Position numbers and translations under genes: made by a program. Under the pieces are notes generated by a model. It had not been told where the DNA came from, made no database searches, and saw only the letters and a list, made by a program, of their open reading frames with translations. A DNA stretch of 64,000 nt from Anaeramoeba ignava BMAN (taxonomy: Eukaryota > Protista > Anaeramoebae): positions 62,001-126,000 of the forward strand of contig JAPDFW010000081.1 in the NCBI GenBank assembly GCA_028826165.1, given 5' to 3'. Of the stretch, positions 46,932 through 60,458 are shown piece after piece (position 1 is the first letter of the stretch; the number at the start of each line of letters is the position of its first letter).

Positions 46932-49900
46932 ATGTTTCCAAATCAAAATTTAATTATTGAATCAACTCAAAAACAAAAAAAAATATTTCTTCCATTAGGA
47001 AAAGCTATTCGAATTGCAATTACAGCAACAGTAAAAGAATTTGAGGAAGGAAAACTTAATCCAACAAGTTAGTATTTATTCTTTGTTTTTTCTCTTTCCA
47101 TAAATTCAGAATTAAAAATTAAAATCAAAATTATATCATGAATTAAATAGCTCCTGTTGGATATGCACTTGAAGCAATTTATTCTTCATATCAAAGTTAT
47201 AACGAAAAAAAAGAAATTGCACAAGCAATGCTGATTCCAATTATGGAATTCTTAATGAAACAAAAAACACGAAAAGAAAAAGAGAAATGTTTTATGATTA
47301 CAAAATGGCTTTTTCGAATAGATTCGCAGAAATTTCTAGAATCAATGGAAGCAATTCTCGCTGATATTTCCAATAAAACAGTTTTACTTGGATGTGTATT
47401 GACGATTATTGATATTGTTGAATCAGAAACAGCAAAAAACGAGATGAGGAAAAAAAGTATGGTGTCAAAAAAAGAAGCAGAAAATCCATCATTTATCATT
47501 GAAGTTGAGCTAGATGAGAAAAGCAGAAAGAACGCAAAGCGTTTAGATCAAAAGGAGACAAGGGACTTTCCGTTCCTAAATATCTTTAGTAAATTTCTGA
47601 AAAAAGCACAAGATATTGTTGTGCTATATTCTGTTGTGGACAAAGAAACAGGGAAAAAGCAGCCAATCATCCTAACAATGAAAGCTGCTGAATTGATGTT
47701 ATCTATTTTACTCCATTTCGCTTCAGTCTCGCTAGCTTGGGATGGAGATGATGATTACGCCTTTGAAAATCTCGAATCAAGTATTTTTGTGATGAGTTCT
47801 TTGGCTGAATGGTACTCAGTGCATTATCCCTTGTTCTATATTGGGATTGAAAACGTTGTAGAAATTTTATATCAAATACAAAAAATTCAAGAGATTATAA
47901 AATCGCAAAAAAACGAGCATTTAGAAAAATTCATGGAAGAAAGCGATTCATTAATGAAGATCAAGAAATTCTTCAATTACTCAATGTATATCTACATACC
48001 TTTTATCAGAGAATCCAATCCATTGATGGGAGATTCTCGAGCAATTCTAAGAGAGTTGGAATCGTTAGTCTACTTGATTGGCTCAACTCAAAATCCAGAA
48101 AGTTACAACCAAAGCGAAAATGAGCCAAGTGAAGAAGAAACAGAAGAGATTCTCCACAGAGCCTTTATTTCTTTATCACTTTTGCTTGGCAAATTAAAAC
48201 AATCCAAAATCAAGAAAATTTTCTTTTCTTCTCAGAAAAACATTCTGTCGGTCTTGCTTAACTGCTGTATTACTCAGATAAGATCACCTCCAAGCAAAAA
48301 GAAGAAGAATAAAATTCTTGAGAAGATTCAAAAGGAAAAAATGAACAAAAACCAGGAAAGTATTTTGGGGACAAATGCTATTGCTTCACATATTTTGAGA
48401 CTAACACTAAGAATTTCAGGTAGAGAGCAAATGGATTCAATTGTGACTCATCTGATGTCATTAATTACAGAGAAGGATTCAGCAACATTTGTTGCTATAA
48501 TTTTGATTGCAGAGTTTGCGACTGAAAATCCTGCGAATATTCTTGGCGAAATTTTCGATAAGCTTGAATCCAGCAACAAAATTGAACGAGAAAATGCGCT
48601 TTTGATTATAGAAGAGATCTTTATAATCAACAACAAGTTCCAGACAAAGGCTCAGAAAAGTAGCAAAAAAGAGGGAGAGCAATTAATTGAGTTATCACGC
48701 GATGGAGTTTCCCAAAAAATACGAGCAAATCCAAAAATTCTGCTCAATGAACTATCGTTTCATTTGCTGCGCAGACTTCATGACGAAGAACTTACTCTTC
48801 GTGCAAAAACGTCTCATTTATTTTCTTTTTTGGATCCTGATTTTATAGTTAGCAAATTGATTTTAGAAATGAACCACAAGGATGGGCGTGTTCGTTCAGC
48901 AGCAGATTCTGCTTTATTAGATATTTTGATGTATAACCAAAACACACTTACTGTATTAAATGTGATTATTGACAAACTTTCAGAACTTACTTCTTTATCG
49001 GAACAAAACCAAAAGAATCCGAAGTTATCTACACCTTTAAATCCAGGTAAAATTTCCACAAAATGGCAAACTAAACAAGCACTTGATCCTGAGTTAGTTT
49101 TTCGGATAATTAAGAAGTGGTGTGATTATACTTCGCAAAGTAGTTTTTTTGCTCAAAAAATGATTTGGGTTCCAATATTAGATGGATTGATTGATAGTTT
49201 TTTTCAAACTCCTGAGAATCATATCAAAGTTAAATTATTTTCTATAATTTCTTTATATGTTAAGAATTATGTTTGTTTATTGTTACCTAAAATCAATTTA
49301 AAAATGGAAGTTCAGAAGAAATTAGATCTCAAACTTCTTGAATTTGAAACAGAGAAAGAAAAAGAAAAAGACACAGAAATTAAGAATATTTTATTTGAAA
49401 GATTAGCGCCATTATTAGTTCTTAAAGCTTTATCACCTTTTGATTATTGGAAAGGAGATATAAATGAAAATGAAAATGAAAATGAAAATGAAATTAAAAA
49501 TATAAATGAAAATGAAAATGAAAATATAAATGAAAATATAAATGAAATTCAAATTAAAAATGAAAATCAAAATATAAATGAAATAGAAAATGAAATTATA
49601 AATGAAATAGAAAATGAAAATCAAAATCAAAATCAAAATATAATTGAAAATATAATTGAAAATCAAAATATAATTCAACAAAAAAACTCTGTTTCAATTT
49701 TGCAAAATCTTCTTTTAGAAAGAATGATCGAAGATGTAGAATATCATCAAATACGCAGATTATCATCAGAAATTTATGCATTATTACCAATTCCATTTTC
49801 AAATAAATTTACAAATCTAATTCAAAATTTAGAAAAATTTTTCCAAGAATCACAATATTATAAAACAAAAGTTATAATCTTTTCGATATGCAATTATTTT

Positions 49901-50614
49901 ACATTTATCAAGAATGAAAACATATTCAAATTAAAAGAAGATCGAAAAACAATAAATAATATTGTTGAATTTCTTCTGAAATTTTTTAAAGAATATCCAA
50001 ATCGAGCAAATAAAAAAACTGAGAATGAAGAACTTGAAAAACTCAGACAAGGATCAATAGATTGTTTATCTTTAGTTATTTCTGCTCATGTAGAATTTTC
50101 TGAACAAGATTTAATACGAAAATTATTAACAAAATTTCCAAATGAAATTGGGAAAGAAGAAGAATTTTTACAAGTATCAATAATAGGAGGATTTATATCA
50201 AGTATACAAAAATTATCACCAAAATCATTATTCGTTTTATGTGAATGGATTATCCCAGAAGTTTTGAAGCAATCTGATTCACAACCCAAGTTATTGATTA
50301 GATCAGGTTTTCTTGAGTTACTTTTTAGTATTAGTTATCAACTTAAAAATTCACTTTATAATTTTATTTCTATTGGTGATCTTTATGATGTTTCAATGAA
50401 GGCTTGTTCAGTTAGTAATTTTAGTAGGATTAGATTTGTTGGTTTAAAATTGATTGGTTTTCTTTTAACTTTTGCAAAAGAACTTCTTGAAATTCGTCCC
50501 AAATTTATTTTTGAAGTTACTTATATTCTTCAATCAATTTCTAATATTGATTCAGATCCAAATAATCAACAAATTGCACAAAAATTATTTGAAGTTTTAA
50601 ATGGAGATTTTTAG
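46932..50614 (+). CDS. Large HEAT/ARM-repeat protein of unknown function
   Basis: Helical repeats (LLRRLHDEELTLR, DGRVRSAADSAL, LFERLAPLLVLK, IRRLSSEI). Short first exon from 46932, intron about 47068-47150. Confidence 0.75.
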
Positions 50615-50649
50615 ATTTTTTTATTTTTTTTTTTAGATTTGTAGAATAA

Positions 50650-51445
50650 AATAAAACTATTTTCTAAATTTATTTCATTTTCAATTTGATTTTCTAAATT
50701 GATTTTAATTTTAATTTTAATTTTAATTTTGATTTTTATTTTGATTTTTAATTTCATTTTCATTTTGATTTTCATTTTGATTTTCATTTTCTAAATTTAT
50801 TTTAATTTTGATTTTTAATTTGATTTTAATTTTCATTTTCATTTTCATTTTCATTTTCATTTTGATTTTGATTTTGATTTTCATTTTCATTTTGATTTTG
50901 ATTTTGATTTTGATTTTGATTTTGATTTTCATTTTCTAAATTGATTTTATTTTCATTTTCATTTTGATTTTGATTTTGATTTTGATTTTGATTTTGATTT
51001 TGATTTTGATTTTGATTTTGATTTTGATTTTGATTTTGATTTTGATTTTGATTTTGATTTTGATTTTGATTTTGATTTTGATTTTGATTTTGATTTTGAT
51101 TTTAATTTTCATTTTCATTTTCATTTTTAATTTCATTTATATTTTCATTTTAATTTTTATTTTCATTTTCATTTTCATTTTGATTTTCATTTTGATTTTG
51201 ATTTTGATTTTGATTTTCATTTTCATTTTCATTTTAATTTTGATTTTGATTTTTATTTTGATTTTCATTTTCTAAATTTATTTTCATTTTCTAAATTGAT
51301 TTTATTTTCATTTTCATTTTCATTTTTAATTTCATTTATATTTTCATTTTAATTTTTATTTTCATTTTCATTTTCATTTTGATTTTCATTTTGATTTTGA
51401 TTTTGATTTTCATTTTCATTTTCATTTTGATTTTTATTTTGATTT
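50650..51445. repeat. (TTTTGA/TTTTCA)n hexamer tract continuing the NDRG NQ/NE tail
   Basis: Visible hexamer repeats. Confidence 0.85.
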
Positions 51446-52846
51446 TCATTTTCTAAATTTATTTTCATTTTCTAAATTGATTTTATTTTCATTTTTATTT
51501 TTATTTTGATTTTCATTTTCATTTTTAATTTCATTTTGATTTTGATTTTCATTTTGATTTTGATTTTTATTTTGATTTTCATTTTTAATTTGAATTTCAT
51601 TTATATTTTCATTTTCATTTTCATTTTCATTTTCATTTTCATTTTCATTTTCATTTTCATTTTCATTTTCATTTTGATTTTGGTTTTGATTTTGATTTCG
51701 ATTTTGATTTTGATTTTGATTTTGATTTTGATTTTGATTTTGATTTTGATTTTGATTTTCATTTTCTAAATTTATTTTATTTTGATTTTGATTTTGATTT
51801 TGATTTTGATTTTCATTTTCATTTTTATTTTTATTTTCATTTTGATTTTGATTTTGATTTTGATTTTCATTTTCAATTTCATTTTGATTTCGATTTTTTG
51901 CTAAACTAGTTGATGAAGTTATATATTTATTTAAATGTATATATCCAATTCCAATAAAAAAGAGAATAAGAGGATTAACCAAAATATCAGGATCTTCCAA
52001 AGTAATCAAAGCGCCTTTAGAATCCAATTTAAGAAGAGTAGAAGAAACTTTATTAAACAAAGAGTAAAAAGTGATAGAATCTTCCAAATCTTGAGATTCA
52101 TTACCAACAATAAAAAGTGAATCCAAATCAAAAACATTTTTATATTTATCAGAATCAATTTTTTCACGAGAAGAATAGGCACGAATATATTCACTAACTG
52201 AAACAGGATTAAGTTTAGAAATTTGCAATTTGAAATTTTCCAAAAGATCCAAATTTGATTTAATTGTTTCAGAACTGAAGAATTTTTGAACAAAAGAATC
52301 AACAACATAATCAGTGATTCCCCAAATATTCATGATTTTCAAAATATATTGAAATTTTCCCCACTCAATCCAACCTTGAGTAGAAGATGTTCCTCCAAAA
52401 AAAATAAGCGCCTTAACCGATTTAATATTATTGCAAGCAAAACGAAATAGAACTAAATTTCCAGCTCCAATTCCAAGTAAAATGAGATTTTCAAGTTTTA
52501 AATGATGAACTATATTTTCAACATGTTTTGATAATTTTTCAAGTGTAAATTTTCCAATTTTTTTCTTTGTTATTTTGTTTCCAAATTCATGATAAGGTGC
52601 TTCAACATGAACAAAATGAAAGTTTTTCAGGATTTTTTGTTGAACTATTGGATGTGATATAAAAGTTTGGAAACTCATTTGATAATTTGAGAAAATATCA
52701 TGAAATGTTAATATTGTTGGTAGTTTTTCATCTCCATCAATATAAACATGAATTGGTATGTTTTCTGATTGAATTATTTTATGTTTTGTATTTGGATCTA
52801 ATTCAAAAAAACTTTTTGATTTTTCTAAATCTTCAAATAAATCCAT
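51446..52846 (-). CDS. NDRG-family alpha/beta-hydrolase-fold protein with NQ/NE tail
   Basis: PTILTFHDI..N....F, HVEAPYHEFG, LGIGAG..VL.RFA, GWIEWG, LITLEDP. Confidence 0.85.
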   Translation of the reverse strand: MDLFEDLEKSKSFFELDPNTKHKIIQSENIPIHVYIDGDEKLPTILTFHDIFSNYQMSFQTFISHPIVQQKILKNFHFVHVEAPYHEFGNKITKKKIGKFTLEKLSKHVENIVHHLKLENLILLGIGAGNLVLFRFACNNIKSVKALIFFGGTSSTQGWIEWGKFQYILKIMNIWGITDYVVDSFVQKFFSSETIKSNLDLLENFKLQISKLNPVSVSEYIRAYSSREKIDSDKYKNVFDLDSLFIVGNESQDLEDSITFYSLFNKVSSTLLKLDSKGALITLEDPDILVNPLILFFIGIGYIHLNKYITSSTSLAKNRNQNEIENENQNQNQNQNENKNKNENENQNQNQNQNQNKINLENENQNQNQNQNQNQNQNQNQNRNQNQNQNQNENENENENENENENENENENENINEIQIKNENQNKNQNQNENQNQNEIKNENENQNKNKNENKINLENENKFRK

Positions 52847-52926
52847 TTAAAAATAAAAAGAAAAAATAAAAAATAAAAAATTAAAAATTTTTTTTTCATT
52901 TTTTTTCTTTTTCTAAAATAATAAAA

Positions 52927-55900
52927 ATGAATCAAAAAAAAAAGAAAAATTTTATTGAAGATAAAAATAATAGATTGTCTTTAGAACAACAAATTTTAGA
53001 AGATAAACAAATAAAAAAAAAGAAAAGACAGAAAAGAAAGAGTGAAACAAATGAAAAAAAAGAAACAAAAGTATAACAACCTTTACAATTTCAGATACAA
53101 ATCAAATATAAAATTATTTATAATATTAAATTTAAATTTAAATATAATATTAAATATAAAATTAAATATAAAATTAAATATAATATTAAATATAATATTA
53201 AATATAATATTAAATATAATATTAAATATAATATTAAATATAATATTAAATATAAAATTAAATATAAAATTAAATATAAAATTAAATATAAAATTAAATA
53301 TAATATTAAATATAATATTAAATATAAAATTAAATATAATATTAAATATAAAATTAAATATAATATTAAATATAAAATTAAATATAAAATTAAATATAAA
53401 ATTAAATATAAAATTAAATATAATATTAAATATAAAATTAAATATAAAATTAAATATAATATTAAATATAAAATTAAAATGAAAAAAAGTTTTTAAATCA
53501 AGAAATTTCTCAAGAAATTATAAGCCAAGCAAAAAACCAAGATATTGATGAAAAAAATGATAATCAAGAAATAAAAATAGATCAAAAAGAAATTGAAACA
53601 AATCAACAATTTTCTGATACAGAAGAATATGAATTAAATTTTGAAGAAGATCAAGATTTTGAAGAAGATGAACAACTTGTAATTTAAAAATTGATTTGAA
53701 AATGATTTAAAAAATAAATTTATAAATGAATTAAAAATTCTTTAATATCAAAAAATATTAAGGATATTCAACCAGAAGATGCAGAAATATTTGATAGATT
53801 TATTAAAAAAAATAAGCAAAATAATTCTGATGAAAATACAGAAAATGAGAAAAATCTTGTTGATATAATTCTTCAAAAAATTCATGAAAAAGAATCTCAT
53901 GAACAAAATCAAAAAAAACCAAAAAAAGCAAAAGGAATGAATAGAAAAGTTATTCAAGTTTATTCAAAGTAGAAGCATATTAATTCAAAATATTAATTTA
54001 AATATTAATTTAAATATTAAATTTAAATATTAATTCAAAATATTAATTTAAATATTAATTTAAATATTAATTTAAATATTAATTTAAATATTAATTTAAA
54101 TATTAATTTAAATATAATTTAAAATATTAATTCAAATATTAATTCAAAATAATTTAAAATATTAATTTAAAATATTAATTCAAATATTAATTTAAATATT
54201 AATTTAAATATTAATTCAAAATATTAATTTAAATATTAATTCAAAATATTAATTTAAATATTAATTCAAAATATTAATTCAAATATTAATTTAAAATATT
54301 AATTTAAAATATTAATTTAAATATTAATTTAAAATATTAATTTAAATATTAATTTAAATATTAATTTAAATATTAATTCAAAATATTAATTTAAATATTA
54401 ATTTAAATATTAATTTAAATATTAATTTAAATATTAATTTAAATATTAATTTAAATATTAATTTAAATATTAATTTAAATATTAATTTAAAATATTAATT
54501 TAAATATTAATTTAAAATATTAATTTTAAATATTAATTTAAATATTAATTTAAAATATTAATTAAAATATTAATTTAAATATTAATTTAAATATTAATTT
54601 AAATATTAATTTAAATATTAATTCAAAATATTAATTTAAATATTGAATTCAAAATATTATTTTAAATATTAATTTAAAATATTAATTTAAATATTAATTT
54701 AAAATATTAATTTAAAATAATTTTAAATATTAATTTAAATATTAATTTAAAATATTAATTTAAAATATTAATTTAAAATAATTTAAAAAATTTAAATATT
54801 AATTTAAATATTAATTTAAATATTAATTTAAAAATATTAATTTAAATATTAATTTAAATATTAATTTAAATATTAATTTAAAAATTAATTTAAATATAAT
54901 TTAAAAAATTTAAATATAATTTAAATATTAATTTAAATATTAATTTAAATATTAATTTAAATATTAATTTAAATATTAATTTAAAATATTAATTTAAATA
55001 TTAATTTAAATATTAATTTAAATATTAATTTAAATATTAATTTAAATATTAATTTAAATATTAATTTAAATATTAATTTAAATATTAATTTAAATATTAA
55101 TTTAAATATTAATTTAAATATTAATTTAAATATTAATTTAAATATTGATTTAAATATTGATTTAAATATTAATTTAAATATTAATTTAAATATTAATTTA
55201 AATATTAATTTAAAATAATTTAAATATTAATTCAAATATTAATTTAAAAAATATTAATTTAATTTAAATATTAATTTAAAATATTAATTTAAAATATTAA
55301 TTTAAATATTAATTTAAATATTAATTTAAATATTAATTTAAATATTAATTTAATTAATAATTTAAAAATATTAATTTAAAATATTAATTTAATTAATAAT
55401 TTAAATATTAATTAAATTTAAAATATTAATTAAAATATTAATTAAAATATTAATTTAAATATTAATTTAAAATATTAATTAAAATATTAATTAAAATATT
55501 AATTTAAATATTAATTTAAATATTAATTCAAATATAATTTAAATATTAATTTAAATATTAATTTAAATATAAATTCAAAATAAATTCAAAATAAAATCAA
55601 GAATTGGAGAAATATTAAAAAATTATCGCTCAGGAAAACTCCCAAAAGCATTTAATGTAATACCAGCTCTAGAAAGATGGGAAGAAGTAATAGAACTCAC
55701 ACACCCAGAAAGTTGGAGCCCACAAGCAATTAGAGCCGCAACAACAATTTTTGTTTCATCAACAAACTCTCAAGCTTCCGCGGATTTCTTCGAAATTGTT
55801 CTTCTTCCATATATCAGAGACCAACTCAAAAACAACAAAAAATTAAACTTACATCTCTATGAGGCACTCAAGAAAGCTCTTTACAGACCTGCGGCCTTTT

Positions 55901-56625
55901 ACAAAGGAGTCTTGTTCCCATTATGCGAAGTAAAATCGGAAAAAAATATATTCATTTCTTGTTTTTTCTTTTGATTTTTCTTTTTGTCAAACACACAAAA
56001 TTTACCAACCCTGTTTTTATTAATCAATTTATTTACCAATCATTTTATAGTCAAAAACATGCACATTTCGCGAAGCAAGCATAATTGGAAGTGTGATTCT
56101 ACATAAAAGTATTCCTGTGCTTTATTCGAGTGCTGCTTTGCTCAGACTTTCTCAGATTGATTACTCTCCTGGCACAATATACTTCATTAAGTGCATCTTG
56201 AGTAAGAAATACGCACTCCCTATTCGTGTCATAAATTCTCTTGCCGGTTACTTTTCTTCTTTCTCTTCCCAAAAGGAAGATTTACCTGTCTTGTGGCATC
56301 AGACTTTGCTACTTTTTGTTCAAAGGTTTTTTCTTTTTTTTTGATATGTTTTTTCCCTTTTCTTCTTTTTTTCTAATCTTTTTATTTTTTCCTCTTTTTG
56401 ATCTCCTATTGATCACTTATTCATTGATTACCTTGTTTTAGTTATAAAAATGACTTGACTGTTGGACAAAAAGAAGCTTTCTTTTTTTTATTGCGCAAGA
56501 AAAAACATCATTTAATTACCCAAGAGATTAGAAGGGAACTTCAAAATGCTGTTCCAAGAGAAGAAGAGGAAAAAGATGATTTAGATCAGCAAATAAATCA
56601 GATACTTAGTTTATCCAAAAAGTGA
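52927..56625 (+). CDS. BYSL: Bystin / Enp1 (40S ribosome biogenesis), multi-exon
   Basis: KVIQVYS.IGEILKNYRSGKLPKAFNVIP....WEEV..LTHPESWSPQA, KKLNLHLYEALKKALYRPAAFYKG, SIPVLYSSAAL, KKYALP, LPVLWHQTLLLFVQ, ITQEIRREL. Confidence 0.95.
53970..55601. repeat. Intronic 12-13-bp almost pure-AT satellite (AATATTAATTTA)
   Basis: Fills a bystin intron (GT at 53970, AG at 55600-55601). Confidence 0.92.
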
Positions 56626-57055
56626 TTAAAAAACTTTCTTTTATTTTTTTTCTTTTTTTTTAAATAAAAACATTAAAAATACTTCAAAATTATTATTTGA
56701 TTTTAATTTGTAAATCTTTTTCATTTTATTTTTATTTTATTTATTTTTATTTTAACGAATTTTAACGATCCAATTTAAATTTTCATTTTTCTATTTTCCT
56801 TTTTTTGTTTTTTTATTTTCTTTTTATTTTTCTTTTTTTTTCCTTTTTTTTTTTTTTCTCAAATAATTCCTATTGTGTTTTGTACAATTTTTCAAAACAA
56901 AAAACAAAACAAAAAAAAAAATTATTTTACAAAGTTCTTATTGAAAAATTTTTAATAAAACAAAAAAACAAAAATCTATTTAATTAATATTAATTAATTA
57001 AAAAAAAAAAGAAACAAAAAGAAAGAAAAAAAAAAAACGATCAAATTTAAATCAA

Positions 57056-58165
57056 ATGGATCCAAATGAAGAAGAAAGAATAAATCAAGCAAATAAAGAA
57101 GTAGAAAAATATCTAAAAAAAGAAACAACAGAAAAAGAACAAAAAGAAAAAGAACAAAAAGAACAAAAAGAAATTAAATCAGAAAAGCAAGATCGAGGAT
57201 TAACAACTCCAGAAAGTGTTTCAAAAATACTTACAGATCCACCAACAAGAAGTAGTACAAGAAAAATCAAACAAGATTTGTTAAAACAAAAAAAAAATTC
57301 ACCAATTCCTGAAAGTCAATCTGTTTTAACAAAAGAACAAATTTCTCGTTGTCTTTTTCAATCTGAAACTGATACTAATCCTCAAAAAGTAACAGAAATT
57401 CTTGAGCAACAATATAATGAAGTTTTGGAAGAACGAGAAATAAAGAAACCAAAAATCACCAAAAAAAATTCTCATCGAAATTCCAAAAAAAATTCAAAAG
57501 AGAATTTAAATCAAAATTCAAAAGAAAATTTAAAAGAAAATTTAAATCAAAATAATCAAAATTCAAATCAAAATTTAAATCAAAATTCAAATCTAAATTC
57601 AAATCAAAATAATCAAAATTTAAATCAAAATTCAAATCAAAATTTAAATCAAAATTCAAAAGAAAATTTAAAAGAAAATTTAAATCAAAATTCAAATCAA
57701 AATTTAAATCAAAATTCAAATCAAAATTTAAAAGAAAATTCAAAAGAAAATTTAAAAGAAAATTTAAATCAAAATAATCAAAATTTAAATCAAAATAATC
57801 AAAATTCAAATCTAAATTCAAATCAAAATAATCAAAATTTAAATCAAAATTCAAATCAAAATTCAAATCAAAATTCAAATCAAAATTCAAATCAAAATTC
57901 AAATCAAAATTCAAATCAAAATTCAAATCAAAATTCAAATCAAAATTTAAATCAAAATTTAAATCAAAATTCAAAAGAAAATTTAAATCAAAATTTAAAT
58001 CAAAATTCAAAAGAAAATTTAAATCAAAATTTAAATCAAAATAATCAAAATTTAAATCAAAATTCAAATCAAAATTTAAATCAAAATTTAAATCAAAATT
58101 CAAAAGAAAATTCAAATCAAAATCAAAATGTAAATTCAAATCAAAATTTAAAAAAAAGAAAATGA
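57056..58165 (+). CDS. Hypothetical protein with charged N-terminus and (NQNS/NLNQ/KENL)n C-terminus
   Basis: Single 369-aa ORF with an AAATG start context. Confidence 0.65.
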   Translation: MDPNEEERINQANKEVEKYLKKETTEKEQKEKEQKEQKEIKSEKQDRGLTTPESVSKILTDPPTRSSTRKIKQDLLKQKKNSPIPESQSVLTKEQISRCLFQSETDTNPQKVTEILEQQYNEVLEEREIKKPKITKKNSHRNSKKNSKENLNQNSKENLKENLNQNNQNSNQNLNQNSNLNSNQNNQNLNQNSNQNLNQNSKENLKENLNQNSNQNLNQNSNQNLKENSKENLKENLNQNNQNLNQNNQNSNLNSNQNNQNLNQNSNQNSNQNSNQNSNQNSNQNSNQNSNQNSNQNLNQNLNQNSKENLNQNLNQNSKENLNQNLNQNNQNLNQNSNQNLNQNLNQNSKENSNQNQNVNSNQNLKKRK

Positions 58166-58466
58166 TTTTTATTTAAATTTTAATCATTTTTGAATTAAAA
58201 ATAATCAAATTTAAAAAAAAAAATCTTTCTTCTTTTTTCTTTCATCAAATAAAAATAATAAATAAAGAACAAAAAAAGAAAGAAAAATAATCTTTTGGAA
58301 TTTATTTTTTTTATTGAAAAATTTTTTCTGAAAAGAAAAAAAGAAATTAGATTTGAAAAGAAAAAAAAAAGGAAAAAAAAACAGATCAATTAAGAAAAGA
58401 AAAAGAAAAAGAAAAAGAAAAAGAAAAAGAAAAAGAAAAGGGAAGTTTGAGAGAAATACAATATGG

Positions 58467-60458
58467 TTAATTTTGATTATCGGAATCTTTAACAATAGTT
58501 GAGAGATCTTTAGAATTTAGCAAGTCTTTCATTTCGAAAAAGGCTTTTTTTAACAATTTATTCTCTTCCATCATTTTTTTTGAATTTAAAAGACTTTTCT
58601 GAAGATGAGATTCCAATTTTGCATATTCAGTTTCTCTGTCTTCTCTTTCCTTAACAAATTTAGTAGATAATTTTTGGACATGAGATTGTAATTGTTCAAC
58701 AACAGTTGTAAATTCCTTTTTGATTTGATTTAGACCGTTAACGACTTTTTGTTCTAATTCAGGATTGTCAAGTGAACGGATATTGCTTTTTATTGTATCA
58801 ATTTCCTTTTTCAATTTTTCTTCAGGTTCATCATCAAAAACAAAGAATTGTGTGACTGATGTTACTGAGTTTTCTTTCGTAAATGCCCCGTCGCTTAGCT
58901 CGTTTGTTTCTTGGCTTTGATCTGACTTCTTCGTCTCAGTGTCCGTTATTGTTTGTAAATGATTTGCTGTTTGTGTTCCTATTAATACTTCAGATTGATT
59001 TAATTCTAATACGCTTTTGTCTCCTGGTCCTGTTATTGACCGAAGCATTATTTGGAAAACTAATTCTCCTGATAAGTTAATTGGATTAACCCAAACCTTT
59101 TAATTTTAATTTTAGTTTAAATTTTAATTTTAATTTTAATTTTAATTTTAATTTTAATTTAAATTTTAATTTTAATTTTAATTTTAATTTTAATTTTAAT
59201 TTTAATATTAATATTAATTTTATTTTTAAAGCCCAATTTTGATTAATTTTTAATTTTAATATTTAATATTAATTTTAGTTTAAATTTTAATTTTAATTTT
59301 TAATTTTAATTTTAATTTTAATCAAATTTTTGGAAAGCCCAAATTTGATATTGAATTTTTATAGTGAATTTTATATTGAATTTGATATTGAATTTGATAT
59401 TGAATTTGATATTGAATTTGATATTGAATTTGATATTGAATTTGATATTGAATTTGATATTGAATTTGATATTGAATTTTATATTTGAATTTTATATTGA
59501 ATTTGATATTTAATTTGTATTTAGATTTGATATTGAATTTGATATTGAATTTTATATTTAATTTGATATTTAATTTGAATTTGAATTTGATATTGAATTT
59601 GATATTGAATTTAATATTGAATTTGATATTTAATTTGATATTTAATTTGTATTGAATTTAATATTTGAATTTGAATTTTATATTGAATTTGATATTGAAT
59701 TTAATATTTAATATTTGAATTTGAATTTTATATTAAATTTGATATTGAATTTGATATTAAATTTTATATTGAATTTGATATTGAATTTTATATTGAATTT
59801 TATATTGAATTTGATATTGAATTTTATATTGAATTTGATATTGAATTTGATATTGAATTTGATATTGAATTTGATATTGAATTTGATATTGAATTTGATA
59901 TTGAATTTAATATTGAATTTAGTTTAGATTTGAATTTAAATTTGAATTTGATATTGAATTTGATATTTGAATTTGATATTGAATTTAATATCGAATTTGT
60001 ATTTGAATTTAATTTAGATTTGAATTTTAGTTTTAATTGTAAAAATTAACGAATTAAAAAAACAAAAAAACAAAAAAAAAGGAAAAAAGAAATTGAGAAA
60101 TTGGAGAAAATTAAACTTTTCAATAACAAAAATTAAAAAACAAAAGAACAAAAAAAAAATAAAAGAATAAAAAAATTATTTACTCTAAAGCTTGTTTCGC
60201 AATTTTATCCTTAATTTGATCTAAAGAAAGTTTTGGGAAACTTTGTTGTTCTGTAACACACAAAACAAAAAAAGTAATCGAAGTCAATTGTTTCTTATTT
60301 TTTGCTTGAAAAAGTTTGACACTTGGATTATTGGCATTGATTATTTTTGCTTGAGAATTTAAAATTAAAAATGCATCTTTTGACTTTGAGATCAGTTTTC
60401 GATAATGTTTGGCTTGTTTTGTATCAATTTTCTTTTTGGCAGATTCAACTGTTCCCAT
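58467..60458 (-). CDS. PAS-domain + coiled-coil protein with a possible N-myristoylation start (MGTVES); middle exon unresolved
   Basis: Exon 60458-60184 (SKDAFLILNSQAKIINAN.PSVKLF, PAS N-half). Last exon from 59096 (VWVNPINLSGELVFQIMLRSI, PAS C-terminal strands), then a coiled coil. Confidence 0.65.

Noticed and set aside
44702-50614. Inteins in the MCM-like or other genes
   Set aside because: No Hint motifs (N-terminal Cys block, HN-C/S/T end) or LAGLIDADG endonuclease were seen.
831-59927. Many long ORFs of ILIL, KIKI, FDFD, NFNF, KLKL or YIKL
   Set aside because: They are alternate-frame or antisense translations of hexamer and dodecamer repeats in introns, spacers or NQ tracts.
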